DNA of 40,539 nucleotides from a virus (Duplodnaviria > Caudoviricetes), in IMG/VR virus record IMGVR_UViG_3300048578_000440, positions 1 to 40,539 of that record, one strand, 5' to 3'. Below the pieces are notes generated by a model. That model worked only from the letters and a program-made list of their open reading frames with translations. It searched no databases and was not told where the DNA came from. Numbering within the stretch: the first letter of the stretch is position 1; the number at the start of each line of letters is the position of its first letter. The position numbers and the translations under genes were made by a program. This document shows, one piece after another, positions 23,481 through 35,500 of the stretch.

Positions 23481-25208
23481 ATGTGCAATCTTGCTGCCAC
23501 ATATCCCTATGTTCCAGGCGATGTTTGGATTGGATGCGATTTCAAAGGCGACGTCCAGGCCGGACAGTCGCGAATGGGGCATGTGCAACATGCGATTCAG
23601 GCTTTAAAAGCAAACAACAATCGAAACATGCAAGTTTATAGCCACATTGTTGCATTTACCGATGGAACGGTTGTCACGGCGCATCGCGTTTTTAATCAGT
23701 ATTCTGCTACGGTTTATGTGCCAATAGTTAGCGCAAATATTGATATGCCTAGTGACAGTGGCTCGGCGTTGATTGTTTTCTACGAAAAAGGTGGATCGAT
23801 AAGGGCATCAAAAGTTGAGATTTCAGGGGACAAAATAAGAGCAAAAAAACTTAACAGATTAATAGGAACTAGATTTAACGGAATTAAGGGCCATGTCCCC
23901 TCGTATTCAAAACGTGTTGAAATGACAATCGAGATAAAAAATGGAGAAAATAGCGGCCGGATGAAACGTCCTGTTTTACTGTTTGGCTCCCCTTTTACGA
24001 TTACTGGGCATGGTGCTGCAACAACACTAGGCTATTCAGGAAACCCTTTTGGACTTGGAAGTCAATATCGTTATCATATCTATGCGATTGATTTAACTTC
24101 AGGCCTGCATGTCCTCGTTTATAGTTTCTACTCACCGCTTGGAGTGACAATCATTCCGTCGCAGACTGAAGATAGTCCTCAACCGCACGTACTCGTCTTT
24201 GACATAAATAGCGACGGGGAAAATGTTTACATCTACCAGCGAACTGAAACTTCAAAATACGCTCTTATGTCGTTTAGGCTGTCAATAAACAATGGAGTGA
24301 TGGAAGCAATTAGAGATAGATATTGTTTATATCAAAATGAATATGAGGACGAAAATTCAACATATTTAGATAATTCTGGAAATTTACGCTTTATCAATTG
24401 TACGTATAAGAATCAAATTGCAACTTATACATACGTTTCAAAGAATATTTTGGCAAACACAAACACTGTAGAAAAAGAATTCAAATCAATTGTCATAACA
24501 AAAAAAGAAGGCGACGTGCGCATTTATCCGGCCATTTCCTATGTCTGCTTTTCTGATTCATCGCATGAAATGTATTCGGAATTATTTGGTCGGGTGGAAT
24601 ATCTCACGAAAGAAGATGTTGTTCATTGGGATGGGTCAATTACAAAGTCACCAATTGATCAGATCACGATTTATATGGACTCAACAAAAAAAGAGATATT
24701 AAAGTACAAGCAATCGCAAGCACTGTATAGTAATGAGTATTATGATTTTAACGTGGCCGGTCATGGCGCGGCGTTTATCCCGTACCCAAGAGCATACAAA
24801 TACGATGCTCCATTCTTAATGTTGGTCGAGACTGAGATTGAAACAGGATGGAAGACAAGAACTATTAATGTTCGTCTACAGACGCCGCACAAAGAAATTA
24901 CTATTGGCGGACAAATGTCTTATCAAATTGATGAAACAAGCTATGAATTTTTCCAGAAATGGTTTGCCACGTTTGGATCGTTTGGAAGTCTTCTGAACTG
25001 TGAAATGGAAAATGGAAACGACATAATACAGGGACTGTCCTACATCGGTTTTGATGGAGAAGAGCCATTCAATAAGGAGACTTACATTTTTAGAAACGGC
25101 GTCGACATTACTGAGGCGATGGCAAGGATTCTGTCCGCCCAAGAAAGTGAAATATTAGGAGCTGTATATATCCCGACAAAATTAAATACCATATTTAAGT
25201 TTTTCTAG
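23481..25208 (+). CDS. AT-rich beta-rich tail-associated protein (candidate receptor-binding module)
   Basis: 575-aa ORF, markedly AT-rich and Tyr/Ile/Asn-rich; located in the tail cluster. Confidence 0.7.
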   Translation: MCNLAATYPYVPGDVWIGCDFKGDVQAGQSRMGHVQHAIQALKANNNRNMQVYSHIVAFTDGTVVTAHRVFNQYSATVYVPIVSANIDMPSDSGSALIVFYEKGGSIRASKVEISGDKIRAKKLNRLIGTRFNGIKGHVPSYSKRVEMTIEIKNGENSGRMKRPVLLFGSPFTITGHGAATTLGYSGNPFGLGSQYRYHIYAIDLTSGLHVLVYSFYSPLGVTIIPSQTEDSPQPHVLVFDINSDGENVYIYQRTETSKYALMSFRLSINNGVMEAIRDRYCLYQNEYEDENSTYLDNSGNLRFINCTYKNQIATYTYVSKNILANTNTVEKEFKSIVITKKEGDVRIYPAISYVCFSDSSHEMYSELFGRVEYLTKEDVVHWDGSITKSPIDQITIYMDSTKKEILKYKQSQALYSNEYYDFNVAGHGAAFIPYPRAYKYDAPFLMLVETEIETGWKTRTINVRLQTPHKEITIGGQMSYQIDETSYEFFQKWFATFGSFGSLLNCEMENGNDIIQGLSYIGFDGEEPFNKETYIFRNGVDITEAMARILSAQESEILGAVYIPTKLNTIFKFF

Positions 25209-25246
25209 AATTGCTGATGTTCTTGGTCATGGGGTGATAGTACGGC

Positions 25247-26470
25247 ATGGAAACATACTATTCAGAAGCAGCCAGTGACGATGCGTTTTGGGAAAGGAAT
25301 GCCGCCGACGGCATCGTTTACCCTGGGACGAGTTTCTATTTTGGATATACTGGAACGCAATATCTTGATGCCTTCGTTCGTTTCCGGTTGCCTGTCCGCC
25401 CTGGCGCTTCCATTGTTTATGCGGCGCTTTCTTTCAAGAATGAGGATGATCAGTCTGCTTTGACTGCTGTCACAATCCATGCCGTTCTCGACGACGACGC
25501 ATCAGCTCCGGAGACAATAGATGCCGCCAGGGCATTGCCACTGTCGGATGGCGTTGCATGGGAAATCGTGGATTGGGAAGCTGGCGTACGATATTACTCG
25601 GCTGATATAAGTTCGCTCCTTCGAAACATAGTCAATAGGCCGGGATGGCAGGAAGGCAACCATGTCGTCCTCATGATCAAAGGTGACAATTCACAACCTA
25701 CTGTCAGAAGGGTTGTCAGTTTTGATAGCGAATTGACGGATTATCATCCTGCCTTGTCTGTCGAACTGGCGGGCGCTTCCATCCTGTTCCCATCTTTCGC
25801 AATCAGCGCATCGGGGCGTGTTTCACATGTCGTTGGCAACGCCACCATAACATGGTCGCAGTTAACGAGTACCGGCCAATCCAATCTGGCCGCGTTTGGA
25901 TTGGCTGAGTTGCTGGCGTTTGAGGTGGTGGCGCACGGCGGGGGGGTGGCCGAGGCGGCTGTGCCGATGCTGACCGTCGCGGCCACGGGCCATATGACGT
26001 TGCACGCCTTCGGACGGGCGGAACTCCCGGCTTTTGAAGTTACGGCGTACGGCGGAGGGGTGGCCGAGTGTCTTTTTCCTGCGTTTGCCGCCGAGGGCTT
26101 CGGGGGCGCTCAGGGCTTGATGCGGTTTTCCGGATGGTCGGTCGTGGCTACGGGCACCGCCCGCCCGTTGGTTGTCGGGAACATGGCGTTCCCGGGCTTG
26201 AGGGTCGAGGCCTCTGGATGCGTCGGCACCGTGGCGGAAGGCATCTGCCGTCTGTCGCAGTGGACGTGTCGCGGCACAGGGTCGATCAACATCACGGGGC
26301 GGGGCTACATGGCGTTCCCGCGACTGTCGGTTTGCGGAGGGAGTGGCGGGACAATTTTTGGATATGGGGAGATCAAATTGCCGCGATTCGCTTTGGTCCT
26401 GGGCCACGCCAAGTCCCGGCCGCCTTGGGCTACTGATGTTTTGTGTTTTGATCCAGAGAGGTTGGCATGA
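25247..26470 (+). CDS. Tail fibre/spike-like protein with an N-terminal beta-sandwich and Gly/Ala repeats
   Basis: N-terminal AFVRFRLPV.PGASI..A.LSF ... SADIS.L...IVNRPGW..GN ... HPALSVE; 39-aa tandem repeat (AFG.AEL.AFEV.A.GGGVAE). Confidence 0.65.
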   Translation: METYYSEAASDDAFWERNAADGIVYPGTSFYFGYTGTQYLDAFVRFRLPVRPGASIVYAALSFKNEDDQSALTAVTIHAVLDDDASAPETIDAARALPLSDGVAWEIVDWEAGVRYYSADISSLLRNIVNRPGWQEGNHVVLMIKGDNSQPTVRRVVSFDSELTDYHPALSVELAGASILFPSFAISASGRVSHVVGNATITWSQLTSTGQSNLAAFGLAELLAFEVVAHGGGVAEAAVPMLTVAATGHMTLHAFGRAELPAFEVTAYGGGVAECLFPAFAAEGFGGAQGLMRFSGWSVVATGTARPLVVGNMAFPGLRVEASGCVGTVAEGICRLSQWTCRGTGSINITGRGYMAFPRLSVCGGSGGTIFGYGEIKLPRFALVLGHAKSRPPWATDVLCFDPERLA

Positions 26471-26910
26471 GCGATGCGCTGGTCATTTCCTATCCGTTGG
26501 ATTCCGGGGCAGTGACACAATACCTGGGGTGGCCGTTTACGGATTTTTTCGAGTCCGGCGGCGTGGCCTACGGTCTGGCTGCCGACGGCATCTACCGCTT
26601 GGGCGGACATGACGATGCCGGCCAGGACATCGTCTGGTCAGTGGAAAGCCCTCTGACGGAAGGCGGTGGAACCGGGGGCAAACGGTTGGGTATGGTCGTC
26701 CTGGCCGGGCCGTTGGGCGAGGATGTCCGGGTATCCACGCGGTTTGATGGCAAGCCCTGGCGGCCAGCCTTGAGCGCAGGGCAAGGACAATTCGCCGTGG
26801 ACAGGCAGAATTTTGGTCAGGCGATGCAATTTATGATCGAAGGCAGCGGGGCGTGCGGGATTACGGGCGTCGTACTGCACACCCTGAGCCTGGGCAACCG
26901 GAGGGTTTGA
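26467..26910 (+). CDS. Tail-associated hypothetical protein
   Basis: ATGA-coupled; AVTQY.GWPF..F.....YGLAADGIY.LGG.DDAG motif. Confidence 0.65.
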   Translation: MSDALVISYPLDSGAVTQYLGWPFTDFFESGGVAYGLAADGIYRLGGHDDAGQDIVWSVESPLTEGGGTGGKRLGMVVLAGPLGEDVRVSTRFDGKPWRPALSAGQGQFAVDRQNFGQAMQFMIEGSGACGITGVVLHTLSLGNRRV

Positions 26911-26911
26911 G

Positions 26912-28792
26912 ATGGCTCAGGGTTTTTTGGATGTCGACAATTCCTCGCAATTGGTCACCCAGGCCTTTTCTGATGCCGCCAGCAAAGCAAACTCGGCGTT
27001 TTCGGCGGCGACAGGGGCTATCGGGCAACTTGCCAATGGTCTGTCCAATTTTACTGTTCCGGATTCGGTTGTGTCCGTGGGCAATGTCTCGACGAACATG
27101 CAGGCGATACCAAGTCCGCCGCAGGTTCCTCGTCCGTCCGTGGATACTGTTTCAGTCGCCGATGCGCCTTCCCTTGACCGCCTGGAAATCCCTGCCGTGC
27201 AACTGCCGGTCTTCACGGCTGTTGCGCCCACGGTATCAATCCCCCAGATGCCGACTGTTGCCGAACCGGAAGATCCAGGACCCGCGCCGAATATTGACGA
27301 TGTCAGCCTGCCGAGCGATCCCGGCGTGGAACTGCCCACACCACCAGGGTTGCCGCAGGTGGAGCTGCCGTCCCTGGTTGATGTCGGGCTGCCTGTATTC
27401 GAGGGTGAGCGTCCCGGAAGGCCGAACATTGACGTGCCGGGCCGGTTGTTTGTCTACGAAGAGGGGGAATTCCGTTCGCCGCTCCAGGAAACCATTGAGG
27501 CAGAGATATACAACGGCCTGTTGTCTGGCGGCGACATTGTGTCCATTTCCGGCATTACAGCCGCGGTTGCCCAGGCCGAGTCCGTGGCGGCACGGACGTT
27601 GCGCATCGAGTTGGCTGCCATCCGCGACGGCTGGTCGGCACGGGGTCAGGACGGCCCAAGCGGCGCGGACAACGATAAGGAGTATCAAGCCAAACAGCGT
27701 TATGCGGATTCGGTCAATGAGGTCACAGCCCAGCTTGTGACCGAACAATGCCGTCTGACGGTGCAGCACCGCGAATTCTTAATGCAGCATGGAATATCCG
27801 CCGTGGGTCTGCGCCTGGAAGGGTTCAATCAGGCACAGGCCCGGGCGCTGGAAGCGGCGCACCATACGGCTGATTTTGGCTATCGCGTGGTGGACATCCA
27901 GGTGTCCGTCTACAATCTCCAGCTCGCCCAATACCAAGCCGACGCAGCCGTGTTTGAGGCCCGCATCCGGGCCGCAGGACTGGCTCTGGATGCTCGTCGT
28001 CTGGAGTTGGAACGGGCGCGGTTGGCCGGGGATTTGCGGAAGCAGGATATCGACGTCTATTTGGCCGAATGCCAGGCCCAGCAAGTTCGCGTTGAGATCT
28101 ACAAGGCGCAAATCCAGGGAGCCATCGCCAAACTTCAGGCGCAGTCTGAAAAAATCCGAGCCTTTGAAGCGAAAGTCGGGGCTTTCACCGCGCATATCAA
28201 CGCGATGGTGGCCCGCTATAACGCCTGGGGCACCCAAATTTCCGCCGAAAAAACCAAAGTGGACCTGTTCCAGGCCCAGGCGTCGGCTCACGCCACGGTG
28301 GTTGGCGCGGCGAAGGTCGCCGTCGACGCCCAGGCGGTTCAGGCGTCTGTCGTGGATTCGGGCAACCGTGGACAGATCGAGCTGTACCGGGCGGAGTTGG
28401 AGAAAGCCAAGGTTGAAATGCAGGGTATGATTGCTGCGGTTGACGCATCCGTCCGCATCTCCTCTGCCGAAGTCCAGGCCTATGAAGCCGCCGTGCATGG
28501 CGTGGCCGCATCCAATGAGAGTGCGCGTGGCATGGCGTCGATCCAGGTACAGCAGGAGTCGATCGTGGCAAACGCGGCCATAGAAACGGCGCGCATTGCG
28601 GTTGAGGCGGCCAAAGCCAAAGCCAGCGTGGCCGAACATGCACTGGCCGCTGCGGCCAGTACCGCGGCGCAATTGGCCGCGTCGGCCATGGCATCGCGTC
28701 ACGCGTCGGCCAGCGTCGGATTCTCTGGCGGCAACAGCAATTCGAGCAGCTTCAGCGAAGCCTACTCGCACGTCGAGCAAATCAGCGCCTAG
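26912..28792 (+). CDS. Putative internal virion / DNA-ejection protein
   Basis: Pro-rich N-terminal half and a long Ala/Gln coiled-coil C-terminal half; lies before the giant gene. Confidence 0.65.
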   Translation: MAQGFLDVDNSSQLVTQAFSDAASKANSAFSAATGAIGQLANGLSNFTVPDSVVSVGNVSTNMQAIPSPPQVPRPSVDTVSVADAPSLDRLEIPAVQLPVFTAVAPTVSIPQMPTVAEPEDPGPAPNIDDVSLPSDPGVELPTPPGLPQVELPSLVDVGLPVFEGERPGRPNIDVPGRLFVYEEGEFRSPLQETIEAEIYNGLLSGGDIVSISGITAAVAQAESVAARTLRIELAAIRDGWSARGQDGPSGADNDKEYQAKQRYADSVNEVTAQLVTEQCRLTVQHREFLMQHGISAVGLRLEGFNQAQARALEAAHHTADFGYRVVDIQVSVYNLQLAQYQADAAVFEARIRAAGLALDARRLELERARLAGDLRKQDIDVYLAECQAQQVRVEIYKAQIQGAIAKLQAQSEKIRAFEAKVGAFTAHINAMVARYNAWGTQISAEKTKVDLFQAQASAHATVVGAAKVAVDAQAVQASVVDSGNRGQIELYRAELEKAKVEMQGMIAAVDASVRISSAEVQAYEAAVHGVAASNESARGMASIQVQQESIVANAAIETARIAVEAAKAKASVAEHALAAAASTAAQLAASAMASRHASASVGFSGGNSNSSSFSEAYSHVEQISA

Positions 28793-28801
28793 GGGGCAGC
28801 C

Positions 28802-29584
28802 ATGCCTTGGAATCAATCGCTATTCGATGCATCGGTTCGGAAGAAGTACGAAATCCTGGGCCAGAACGCCGACTCGGACACGACCCGGGCCAATGCGACC
28901 GCCCAGGACGTGGCGCAGCGGCCGGGGATGCAGGCGGCGGCCGATGCTGCGGCCATGGAGCGGGCGCGGCTGGCTTCGCAGACACAGCTTGGCGCGGAGC
29001 AAATCCGGGGCGGCTTTGGTCTGCAGGAGCGAACCCTGGTCAATCAGGGCGCGGCCAACGTGGCCGGCATCCAGGGAAACTACGGCCTGCAGGAACGGAC
29101 CCTGGCCAATCAGGGTTCGTTGGCCGTGGCCGGCCTCGGCCTGGAAGGCGACAAGCTGCGGACACAGGCCATGATGCAGCCGCAGTATGGAGCCATTCCG
29201 AACAAAGACTATGACCCTCGTGAAAAAGGATCTGTTCCGTATTGGCAGTACGCCCAAAACCAGGCGGCCATGGACCGCGCCCCGGGCCTGCCGGGCGGGT
29301 TGTCCATGGGCACAAGCGTCGGCGGATTGCCGGGAGGCGGCGGGCTGGTCGCGCCGCCGGCACAGGCCCAGGCTCCGGCTGTTGGCGGGTTGCCGGGCGG
29401 ATCGTCGATTGCGCCGACGGCAGCGCCATCAAAAACGGTTTCGCGCTCGGATCGGATTGGCGACTTTGATTATGGCGCAAGGCTTGGCGGCGGGCTACCC
29501 GGACAGAATGTCCCGTTGCCGACTGTCCGTACGCCGCAGGAGGCGCTTCAGGATTCCAGGAAAAACCGCCGGTCGTATTGGTAG
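28802..29584 (+). CDS. Putative ejection (pilot-like) protein, Gly/Ala/Gln-rich
   Basis: Low complexity, with a 22-aa duplication GLQERTL.NQG...VAG (about 29018-29134). Confidence 0.6.
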   Translation: MPWNQSLFDASVRKKYEILGQNADSDTTRANATAQDVAQRPGMQAAADAAAMERARLASQTQLGAEQIRGGFGLQERTLVNQGAANVAGIQGNYGLQERTLANQGSLAVAGLGLEGDKLRTQAMMQPQYGAIPNKDYDPREKGSVPYWQYAQNQAAMDRAPGLPGGLSMGTSVGGLPGGGGLVAPPAQAQAPAVGGLPGGSSIAPTAAPSKTVSRSDRIGDFDYGARLGGGLPGQNVPLPTVRTPQEALQDSRKNRRSYW

Positions 29585-29596
29585 GATGGTGCCCGC

Positions 29597-32500
29597 ATGG
29601 CTGTTGATCTGATCAAGTACCGCGCCGAGAATGCCGGCTTTTACGGCCAGTCTTCCCTGGCCGATGTGGCCGCCGATCTGCACGAGCGCAGCGGTTCGGC
29701 CAAGGCCGGGGTGGCGTTTGAGGATTTCGCGCGCCAAAACGGCTTTGACGCGCAGATAGCCCAGGAAACGCAGCCGAAGCCGCAGCCGCAACAGCAGCCC
29801 GGGTATGGACTTCCGGGCGGTTCGGTGACGGCCGGGGATTACGCCCGGAGCATCGGCGTCGGCCTGGACCAGTTCGGCCAGGTGCTTGGCCGGGGTATGC
29901 AGTGGGTGGGCCTGGACCGCGCCGGCAAGGCCGTCGAAGGCCTCTACAAGGAGCGCGAGACGGCCACGCGCGGGCAGCAGTTCGGAGCCTACAAGGCCGA
30001 GATGGCCAAGCCGTTTGTGCAAGAACGGCCGGACGGCGGCGGCATGTTCGGCTACGGCCTTGGCCCGGGCGTGACGTCGCCGGCCAAAATCCTTGGCACC
30101 ATCGTGGAGAGCGTCCCGGCCATGGCCGCTGCCGGCGGTCCGGCCGTGGCGGCGACCCGGGGCCTGATCGGCCTGGGCCTCAATGCCGGCGTGGCCGGTA
30201 TTGTCGGGTCCGGCCTGGGCGAAGGTGTGATTGGCGGCCTGTATGCGGCCAAGGAAGGCGAGGATCAAATTCTGGAAGCGCCGGATGGCGTGTTGCAGCA
30301 GCATCCGGACTATCAGCAGGCCCTGGCCGCCCTGCCGGCCGACATGCCCGAGGCCGAGCGCCAAGCGTCGGCCAAGGCGTCGGTGGCGCGGGGCGAGGCG
30401 CTGCGCAGCGGCTTGATAGCCGGCGGGGCCACGGCGGTGCTTGGCGCGCCGTCCGGACACTTCCTGGGCAAGTCCATCGGCGGCGAGACCGGCAGGACGC
30501 TGGCCCGCACCATCGGCAAACAAGCCGTGCTGGAAGCCGGCCAGGAAGCCAGCCAGAGCGCGGTGGAGCAGCTTGTCCGCAACGACGCGGCCCGGCGCTA
30601 CATCAACCCGGACCAGTCCATGGGCGAGGGCGTGGCCGAGGCCATGGTGGGCGGCGCGATCACCGGCGGCGTCATGGGCGGCGGCCTGGGCGGGTTTTCC
30701 CACAACCGGGCGGCGTTGCAGTACCGCCAGGACTTCCAGGCGGAAACAGCCAAAGCCATCACGGACGGCTCTGTGGCCGGGCTGGCTGACGATGACCTGG
30801 GCCGGGCCTTCCAGATTGCCGACGGTCTGTACCGCGAAAACCCCGATGAGGGGTTGCAGCAGGTGTTGCTGGGCCTCAATGCCGAGCAGTTCCGGCGGCA
30901 AGGCGCGGCGCGCGGTTTCCCGCTCAACGAATTTCTGGCCGACGACGACGCGGCCCGGGCCGCTGCGGCGCAGCAGGCGGCGCAGCCCCAGGAGGCGCCC
31001 GGCCTCCCCCCCGAGGCTGCGGCCGGGCCGGCCGGCCCGGATCGGGGGGCCGAACTGACGGCGCTGTCCAAGCGGGAATTAAACGACCTGGCTGCCGGCC
31101 TGGGTATTGCCAAGCCGGGACGGATCAAGCGTGATGAGCTGGTGGCGTCGGTGCTGCAGGCCGAGGACGCGGCCCGGCGCTGGAACGATCCTGAGGCCGT
31201 GGCCGCCCGCTACCAGGAGGCCCATGCCGCGCCGTTCCCGGGCCAAGTCGATGGCTTCCTGGAAGGCGTGGCCCCGGTCGCGCTGTCGCAGCAAGCGCCG
31301 GCCGCCGCGCCGGAATCGGGGCAGGCGGCTCCGGACCGGGCGGCGGAACTGTCCGGGCTGGCCTATTCCGAGTTGCGCGACATGGCCGCGTCCCTTGGCG
31401 TGGAAAAGCCCGGGAGGCTCAAGCGCGCCGCTCTGGTACCGGCCATTGTGGCGGCCGAGGAACAGGCCCGGCACTTTTACGATCCGGCCAACCTGGATGC
31501 GCGCTACCAGGAAACCCATGCCGCGCCGTTCCCGGGCGGACTGGATGGCTTTCTGGACGGTGTTGCGCCGGTGGGCCAGCCGCAGCCGGCCGAGGGCAGG
31601 GCCTCGCGCAAACGCCAGCCCAAGGCGGCGGCCGAGCAAGAACCGGCCCAGGCAGGGCAAGCCGCCGCGCCGGAATCGCTGGCGCCGTCGATGGCCCAGG
31701 CTGCCGGACCCACGGGAGAAATTCCGCTGGTCGAAATCGGGGCCACGCCGGAAGCGGTGCAGGAGGCGGAACCGGAAGCGCAGTCCGAGGCGCGCCCGGC
31801 CCTGGTGGAGCAGACTCCGGCCGGGGTGCTGCCGACCGGGGAAATTCCGTTGACGGCGGTGGGCGAGACGCCGGCGGCCGGTGAAAAAGTTGTGGCAGAT
31901 TTGCCACAAAATAAAGGGCAGGAGCCGGGCCGGGACGTTGCTGGATACCCTGCGGTCGAGACTGGACAGCCCCAGGCCGATATGCAGGAGGCGCAAGCGC
32001 CGCCGGCGGCCGAAGACCTCAAGGCCCGGAGCAAGCGGGAACTGAACGACTTGGCCGTGTCCCTGGGGATTGAGCGGCCGGTGGAGATTCGCCGGGATGA
32101 TCTGGTGGGGCGGATCGGGCAGGCGCGGCAGGAGGCGGCGGCCGGATCGGTGCAAGAGCAGCCGGGTGCGGCTGGCGCGCCGCAGACGGCCAAGGTCTGG
32201 TCTGGCGACACGTTGCGGGAGGTGCCTGTTGTTGAGCACGACGGCGTCAAAACCGTCAACGTCATGGGCCAGGGGATGCCGCCGCGCTATGCCGTTTTAA
32301 ACGCTCTTGCCGGTTCAGATGAGCACCAGATTTCGCAGTACAGCGGCAACACCCCGGCGGAAGCGGTCGCCGCCGCGAAACGGCCGCCGGAACCGCCGCA
32401 TCCCATGAATGCCGCCACCCGGGGGCGGGCGTTGCAGGCCATGGCCCCGGACCAGCAAAACGCCCTGGGCAAGGTCCTTGGCATCAAGCCGGGCAGGAAG

Positions 32501-35500
32501 TCGCGGCTGGGGTTCCTGGAAGCGATTTCCGATACGCCGGAACTGAAGCTGCGGGCGGCGTATGACACGGTTGTCGGCGAGGCCGGGCAGCAGGCCGAGG
32601 CGGACAAGTCTCCGGGCGTGGCCACTGGCGAAGCGCAAGGTGATGCCCAGGATCAGGCGGCTGTACCGCCCGGGGACGTCGGGGCTGTTGCCGAGCCAGC
32701 GGCAGAAGTGCCTGCGCAGTCCGAGCCTTCGTCAGCCGATGCTGCGCCGAAGGAAGAGGCCCGGGATGAGCCGGCAGCCGAAGCCGAACAAAACGAGTCC
32801 GCTGCCGTCGAAAGCCGGCCTGAAGAAGCGGCTGGTGCGGCGACCCCGGAGCAAAGCGAAAAGATCGGTCTCGCCCTCGGGGAGAAGATCGGCGGCTCCC
32901 GCAAAGACACGGCTGCGCCGACCGGCCCTCGTGTGCGTTTGCCCGGGAAAGACGACTCCGTGCCTGCCTGGAAAAAGCGGTTCATGGCTGTCCAGGTCAG
33001 TGAAACCGGTTTCCGTTCCGGCGAAGACAAAATCTATTGGTCCATTGCCGACCAAAAGGGCCTGTTACGGACCGGACGATTCAAGTTCGACTCCAAGGAG
33101 GAGGCCGAAGCCGCCATCCCGCTGGCGGCCGTATCCTTGAAGCACCGGGTCACGAAGCGCGGCGAGGCCTGGGAAATTTATCGGAAGGTCACGGACAGAA
33201 AGACCGTAGTCATCAAGGACGGCTTCGCCACGGAGGAAGACGCCAAGCGGTACATGGCCGAACATGCCGAAGACATCCTCAACACCAAGACCGGGTTTGG
33301 CGAGGAAATCCTGGTCAGACCGGAAAAGGTGTTCCGGAAGGGTGCGCCCCGGCGCGAGGGGCCGGCGAAGGGGCAGGACTTCCTGGATGCCTTTGGCTTC
33401 CGTGGCGTGGAGTTTGGGGAGTGGAACGACCAAGACGAACGGCAGGAAGTGCTCAACCATGCCTATGACGGCCTGCTTGATCTGGCCGAACTCCTCAATG
33501 TTCCGCCCAAAGCACTTTCCCTGAACGGGGATCTGGCCCTGGCCTTTGGCTCACGCGGGCGCGGGCTTTCCAGCGCCAAAGCCCATTACGAGCGGGATTA
33601 CGGCGTCATCAACCTGACCAAGCTGACCGGGGCCGGCTCCCTGGCTCATGAGTGGTACCATGCGCTGGATCACTACCTCGGGCGACAGGATACAAAGGCG
33701 TCGTCTGAAAAGGTGGAGAACAAGCGTGGCGATCGGGTTTTCGCCGCCAGTGACGCACCTTCGCGGGACTATTTGAGCCACGGGGCAAGCCGCAAATCCC
33801 AGGTGCGCGAAGCGTTGCGGGCGGCTTATGAAAAGCTGCTTGGCGACATCGCCTACAAGGCGGAACAGTACAAGGAAGACACAGAAAAGGCCGAGCAGTT
33901 TGTCAGTCGCGCCCGGGGCTATCTGGAAAGGAATCTGAAGGACATCCGTACCGGCCTTGCCCAGGATGCGCAGTGGGGAAGAAAGCGCGCGCCGGCCAAG
34001 GCCGGACAGTTGGAACGGTTCGACGCCCTGGCGGAACAGCTTTTGAGCGGCGACAATCTGGCCCTGGAGATGCGCAGCAATGAGGCCGGGGGGCGGCAGC
34101 GCAGCCGGTTTGGCTCCTACCGTTCCAGCAACGACATTCTTGACGGCCTTGCGGCGATCTACAAGGAGGTTCGCGGCCGCAGTGGATTCAATGCGGAACG
34201 GACAGGCCCGTTTAATTCGCTGGCAGCCAATGTCCAGGACTTCGCCAGACGGGCGAAGATGCTGGAAGACGCCAGAAGCAAGACGGAAAAGACCAAGCAG
34301 ATTCCCACGGAGTACCGGCGCGCCGCCTATCTCATGGACCAGGGCAGGACGTCGGACTACTGGAGCGAACCCCACGAAATGGCCGCCCGGGCGTTTTCCT
34401 CCTACGTGGAAGACAGGGTGGCCCAGGATGATGGCCGCAGCGATTTTCTTGTCTACGGCGCAAACAACGCCATGCTGGAATACCGGCTGGTCAACGTCCG
34501 GCCGTTCCCTGAAGGGGCGGAACGCGAAGCCATCAACGCCGCCTTCGACACCTTCTTTCAGACGGTCAAGACGAAGGAGACGGGCCGGGGCGTGGCCATG
34601 TTCCAGAGAGAGGACGGATCAGAGGCTCCTGCCTCCCCCATCACCCGGGCCGTGGCGGCCGAGTTGCGCCAGGGCATTTCGCAGTTTCCGGCCTTGCGGG
34701 GCATCGTGGACGTGTACCAGTCCGAGGCCGACATGCCGGCGGATCTGCGCGAGGCGGTGGAGGATGCCGGGGTGTCCGGGCGGTTCCACGGGGTCTATGA
34801 CGCCGAGACGAAGCGCATTGCCCTGGTGGCCGGGAACATCCCCACGGTCAAGGCAGGGCAGACGGCGTTTGTACAGATGCTGTTGCGCCATGAAGGCCGC
34901 CACGCCGGGTTGGACCGGGTATTGGGCGGCGTCCGGGAGCGCGAAGACTACATGGCCAGGGCGGCCCAGGCGATACCCCGGGAGGTGACGCGCTGGCTCA
35001 CGCGCCACGGCATGGAATCCAACCGCCGCAACCGGGCCGAGGCAGCCGAGGAAATCCTGGTGTCCTGGGCCAAGGACGGCACGGTGCATCGCGCCTTGGA
35101 CCGGCTGCTGTCGAAAATCGCCGCCTGGGTGCGGTCGATCTTCCCGACGCTGGAACTGACCCGGGCCGAACTGCGGCAACTGCTGGCCCAGGCCGACGAC
35201 TTTGTGGACGGCAAAGGTCTGGATTTCATCGCGCCGCCCGGGCAGCCGTTTTCTGCCGCTCCGGCGTTTTCGCGCGGGGAAGGGGCTTCCTGGGCGCAGC
35301 AGGTGGATGATTTTCTGGGCAATCGGTTTCGTCCCCACGAGCGTCTCGACCTTGGCGGAACGCCGCCGGTGATCGGGCTGCTTGGCGGACATGATCTGCC
35401 CCTGCAAATGACCCAGGGGAAAGCGAATAAAATACTGAAGGGGGCGGATGCAGGCGGGAAACACGGGGTTTCACCGGAAGTGCTGAAGCAGTTGCCACAA

